A stretch of DNA of 32,000 nucleotides from Paramicrosporidium saccamoebae KSL3 (lineage: Eukaryota > Fungi > Cryptomycota), in assembly GCA_002794465.1 (NCBI GenBank), contig MTSL01000169.1, forward strand, positions 76,546 through 108,545, read 5' to 3'. Position numbers and translations under genes: made by a program. A model generated the notes under the pieces. The model was not told the DNA's origin, did not search any database, and saw only the letters and a program-made list of their open reading frames with translations. Below are positions 27,902 through 32,000 of the stretch, one piece after another (the first letter of the stretch is position 1; every line of letters starts with the position of its first letter).

Positions 27902-28696
27902 ATGCGCATGAAAGGGGCGCTATCTGTGGTATTGTTCCTTTTTGCATTCCTTCTGTTGCACGCCAATGCACAGGGCGCCTGCGGCTGCAATGGATGCTGT
28001 CCGAGCACTGCGCGGACGGTATTTGTGACGTCAACCGTGACGGAGACGGACACTATTTCTTACACGACGACATCATCGCGCACCGTCTTCCGCATCATCC
28101 AGAGTACTACGACAACGGCTACTACCATCACGCGCACTTCCAATATTGTCCTTACCAAGACGGAGACGAATGTCACCACCAAGACTACCTCCTCGACGAC
28201 TTTTCTAACCACAACGCTGAATCGGACATTTACAGTGCGTACTACGACGCTCATCCCGGACACTACGTCAGGCATTGCATTCTTAACAGACTTTACCACC
28301 ACCACTGTCACCCGTCGTACCACCACCACCACCACTACCATTCGCAGCTCAACCAGCACCATTCTCTTTAGCGAAACGGTCTTTGACGTCCTCACTTTGA
28401 CGGGCACAGTCGTCACTGCAGTGAGCAGCACTCTCACTGTCACCGAATACTCACAGATTCTCTTTACTAGCACCACCCAAGTTACCGTCTCTGAAGATCC
28501 CACCACCTACTTTAGTACTGTCCCGTCCTTTGACACTATTGTCGTTACTGGCGACACCTTTTACTTTATCGAGTTGACCACATTGGAGACGCTGACATTC
28601 CTCAGCACGGCCTCCTTCATCACTGGTGCCGACACTACGACCATCCAGGTGGACGACACGGTGGCCTTTACCCAGACCTTTTCCAGGATCCTTTAA
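27902..28696 (+). CDS. Secreted Thr/Val/Phe-rich protein B
   Basis: Signal peptide MRMKGALSVVLFLFAFLLLHANA, Cys cluster ACGCNGCCP, then about 230 aa of Thr-rich beta-type sequence. No obvious TM or GPI tail. Confidence 0.82.
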   Translation: MRMKGALSVVLFLFAFLLLHANAQGACGCNGCCPSTARTVFVTSTVTETDTISYTTTSSRTVFRIIQSTTTTATTITRTSNIVLTKTETNVTTKTTSSTTFLTTTLNRTFTVRTTTLIPDTTSGIAFLTDFTTTTVTRRTTTTTTTIRSSTSTILFSETVFDVLTLTGTVVTAVSSTLTVTEYSQILFTSTTQVTVSEDPTTYFSTVPSFDTIVVTGDTFYFIELTTLETLTFLSTASFITGADTTTIQVDDTVAFTQTFSRIL

Positions 28697-28918
28697 TATG
28701 GATTCTATAGACAGGTCTGTCCTGGACCTTTTCTAACCTGAATCCGTAGATAGGTCGGTCTTGGATCTTGTAAATGCGCATCCAGTCCTAAATCCCTAGA
28801 TCCCTAGATATAAACATTATTAACTGCGCATTAGCCACCCCATACACATTATTATTATAGGAAATGTTTGGTTTACTGACATATTGCGGACTAATAAGAA
28901 GGGCCCAATTAAAGGGCG

Positions 28919-29751
28919 TTAGGCGAGCATTTGTTGAAAGGAATCATTAGACTCCTCATGGAGGGTCCTGATGGGCATTTTCTTGGTCAGCAGCGGAATT
29001 GGCTCTTGTTGGTGGAGCTGTTGCTGTAGAACCGCCAGCACCGCTGACTGGTTGGTCTGTGTCTCCACTACTGTGGCCAAGGCCTCACGCGTCTCACGAA
29101 GCTGTTTTTGCATCTCACCCACCACGCGACTGAGATATGCGACGTGTTCCACCTGTTGTGCCATGCGTTTGGCTGCCGAGCCTGTCGTGCTGCCCGGGGG
29201 ACGACCGCGCTTTCCTGTGCGCACCGGCGTAATTAGCATCGAGCCTGACGACAGACGGCTCAGATAGTCCTCATCAAAGCCGGTCATAGGCACCTGACTC
29301 GCAGCGTGTACCAGTTCGGCTTCATTTTCCGTCAGTAAGAGCATCCCATCCGTGTCTGCAGACCGGACCAGACCACCGCCCATTCCAATGTTCACCGCTG
29401 CACCGGCTTCTTCCAGGATGCTGTGATGAATGGCCATTGCCCGATCCATAAATTCACGCCATTCTTCTGCTAATTCAGTTAGATCGGCTAGAAGCGTCCT
29501 ACCTGATGGCTTCTTTGCATATGCCAGCACCATGAACCGACGTTTCAATGCGTCTGCGTCTCGAGGACACCAGTCCTTTCCTGCTATTTGATCATTATAC
29601 GCCACGGCAACTTCTTCCCATCGTTGGCGCTGCAGAGGTCGAATTTTCTCCACAATGTCCAAAAGTACTACACCCATAAGCCACCATTTTGCAAGAGCTT
29701 ACTTTGTGTTTCAGTAGATGTGAAACTCTTTGAACCTGCAGTGCGAACCAT
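28919..29751 (-). CDS. Myb/SANT-like (trihelix-type) DNA-binding protein with AT-hook and coiled coil
   Basis: Exon 1 MVRTAGSKSFTSTETQ, 35-nt intron 29668-29702 (GTAAGC...GTAG), then ILLDIVEKIRPLQRQRWEEVAVAYN...RDADALKRRF..L...KKPSG; AT-hook GKRGRPPGS; heptads LSRVVGEMQKQLRETREAL. Confidence 0.75.
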
Positions 29752-29935
29752 ATTTCTCTTATTTTCCCGCGAAATGCGTTAAACGGCCGGATGGTTTTGT
29801 AGTTTCTTTTCGCTACGAGCGGATGGGCTGGACAGGAAAAGCTCGCCGTTAAATTAAACGGTTTCTCGGAATCCCTGGTCGAATTACGCCAATAAGGGAG
29901 GGGCTGGTCGAGCCCGACAAAGGAGGATTAATTGA

Positions 29936-30593
29936 ATGATTCCCAAGGCTGCCTTTGTGACGGGGAATGAAAAAAAATGGGCCGAAGTGCAGGCAATTCT
30001 CGGCACCGATGTTATCCAGCTCACCCGGGCCAACGTAGATTGTACGCGTCCATCCGATCGATCGTCTTGATGCATAGTGCCGGAAATACAAGGATCGGTC
30101 CAAGAGGTGGCCAAGTGGAAGTGTCAAGAGGCTGCCCGTCTCTCCAACGGTCCAGTAATCACCGAAGATACAGCGCTTTGTTTCGATGCCTTGAACAGTC
30201 TTCCTGGTCCATACATAAAGTGGTTCCTAGAGGGCGTCGGCTTAGATGGCTTGAACAATATGCTCACCGGCTTTGACAACAAGACTGCCAAGGCAATCTG
30301 CACCATGGCCTACTGTGCTGGTCCTGGTGCCGAGCCTATTCTCTTCCAAGGCATCACCACCGTATCTCCCCATCCAGTGCGCAATTTGTAGGGATGCATT
30401 GTACGGCCACGCGGACCAAAGAGCTTTGGATGGGACCCGATATTCCAACCCGACCATCCATCCAACCTCACGTACGTCAGCCTTTTTTCATGCTAATTTC
30501 AGTTATGCGGAAATGACATCGGAGGTTAAAAATTCCTTATCGCATCGTTCCAAAGCTTTAACTCTTTTGCGCGATCATTTTTCGTCTCTTTAA
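29936..30593 (+). CDS. HAM1: Inosine triphosphate pyrophosphatase Ham1/ITPA (3 introns)
   Basis: Introns 30042-30077, 30362-30391 and 30472-30502. Motifs [53 protein letters not shown]...[11 protein letters not shown]. Confidence 0.95.
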
Positions 30594-30849
30594 AAATAAA
30601 GACCATGTATTTGTACTCTGTAGAGGAGAGTTGTGTTCTATGGGCTATTATGGGGATGATTAAGGGGGCGTGCTCTGTGAGTTAGTAAGCAGAGTATGTC
30701 CTGTGAGCTATTAAGCATGATATATTCTGCGAGCTATCAAGAAAAATCTATTTTGTGGTGTAGTTGACGTCACGATGCGTGAATACGCTTGATCGTGAAT
30801 TTAACAGTAGATCCCCATGGCGACTTGATTATTCTTGACTTGGCGCTCA

Positions 30850-31350
30850 TCACGATTGCTCCAATCCCTGTAGTTCATCCATCTGTCCTAACGCAGCGTG
30901 GACCTCGGCACTTTCCTGCTCTGCAACATAGGCTAGTTCATCAAAGCCTTCCTGTGCCCTTCGTAACGCCAGATAATATGCCTACAATCAGTCATCCCAC
31001 CCGCCTACCTTCATCGACTGTATCCTACACTGTTTTTCCGTCTTGTCCACAAAGTCGCGGAACACAAACTTGGGATACATGCGGTGTGCCCAGTCTCTAT
31101 ACACGGCCATCAGCCTATCCAAGTCCCGTGCAGGATCATTTGTCCATTCAAGATTTTGGGTTTGAGAGCGAAGGGCGCGGAATCCGCGCGGGCCGAGAAG
31201 AGTATTGGGACCATATTTGGGGGCGAGCGGACGAACATTGGGAGTCTTTACAATGCGTTCAGTGGCTGCTTGGATGACAGTCTCTGTACGGGTGGGTCGC
31301 GGGGCGGGCTCATCATTGACATCATAGTCGTCCCATTCATCATCCGTCAT
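30850..31350 (-). CDS. CSM3: Replication fork protection factor Csm3/Swi3/TIPIN
   Basis: Swi3 domain LLGPRGFRALR...DLDRLMAVYRDWAHRMYPKFVFRDFVDKTEK; 27-nt intron 30982-31008 leads to the terminal exon AYYLALRRAQEG...LEQS*. Confidence 0.88.
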
Positions 31351-31519
31351 GTTGTATCGCAGAAATGAAATATCTTTTATTCACATTGAACCAGCTCAGC
31401 TTTAAATAATAGTCTAGCATATAAGGTTAGAGTGTGCAGGCAGAATGGCTCGAAGCAGCCGTTCTGTGATAAGTCAAAGAAGCGATAAGATGGAGGCGGG
31501 TGCGCTCATTGGTGGAAAA

Positions 31520-32000
31520 ATGTCAGTTCCTCTTCTTCGATGGGGGATAGAGAATAGCGACGCAGACGCGCTCCAGAAGGAAGTAGAGACAGGCACAGTA
31601 AAGAAATTTGTACAAAATGAGCAGCATGTATTTATTGGCAGGACCCCGAGTTGATAGAGATGATCCTTGGCAAGGACGATCCAGTCCGTATGAAAGGTAG
31701 TCTCACGATGTGACCTGTCATGTTAGAGAGCGTGGGAGTGTTGGAGAACGAGGAAGGGACAGTCGAGGACAAGGTGACTGCATTTGAAATGCTCATAGAG
31801 TTGGCGGCTCAAATAGATAATGCTAACAGTACGCCATGATAGAGTACTAACCCCATAGATGTCGCCAAGATGGGACTCTGGCCGCGCATTTTGCCGTTTT
31901 TAGACTCTAAAGAATATGAGCTACAGGTGCATGCCGCCTGGTTAATGGCAGTCTGTGCACAAAACAACCAGGAGGGCGCAGAACACTTGTTGTCTTTGGG
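31520..32000 (+). CDS. FES1: Hsp70 nucleotide exchange factor Fes1/HspBP1, 5' part; runs off the window
   Basis: MSVPLLRWGIENS..., introns 31610-31641, 31697-31726 and 31829-31858, then DPELIEMILGKDDPVRMKES...KVTAFEML...IDNANNVAKMGLWP...AAWLMAVCAQNN. Confidence 0.9.

Noticed and set aside
26086-28506. Gly-rich, Val-rich, His-rich and Pro/Ser-rich ORFs overlapping the Thr-rich genes
   Set aside because: Shadow frames produced by ACN-rich Thr codons.
28697-28830. Nested short hairpins (gacag-gt-ctgtc; aggtc...gacct; ggattc...gaatcc) after Thr-rich protein B
   Set aside because: The stems are 5-6 bp and mutually exclusive, which is expected by chance.

Overview
Gene-dense eukaryotic nuclear DNA from a compact, fungus-related genome. 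It has about 25 protein genes, one tRNA-Leu(CAG) and 31 hand-modelled GT-AG introns of only 27-40 nt. Gaps between genes are often under 50 nt. Mitochondrial ribosomal proteins (bL28m, uS11m), NFU1, cyclin L, UBE2W and a TEX11/ZIP4 meiotic gene are retained. This profile suggests an early-diverging Rozellomycota or 'short-branch microsporidian' such as Paramicrosporidium (inference, not verified). The most notable unexplained structure is a family of four 180-256 bp non-coding insertion elements with TGT...ACA-type ends, each with its own exact 4-bp target-site duplication. One copy sits inside a decayed tandem duplication whose intact paralog shows the empty site. Also notable are two secreted Thr-rich beta-type proteins with a basic N-half and acidic C-half flanking NFU1, an SH3-less Bem1-like PX-PB1 protein, and a Myb/SANT + AT-hook protein. 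All family assignments come from motif recognition from memory; no searches were run.
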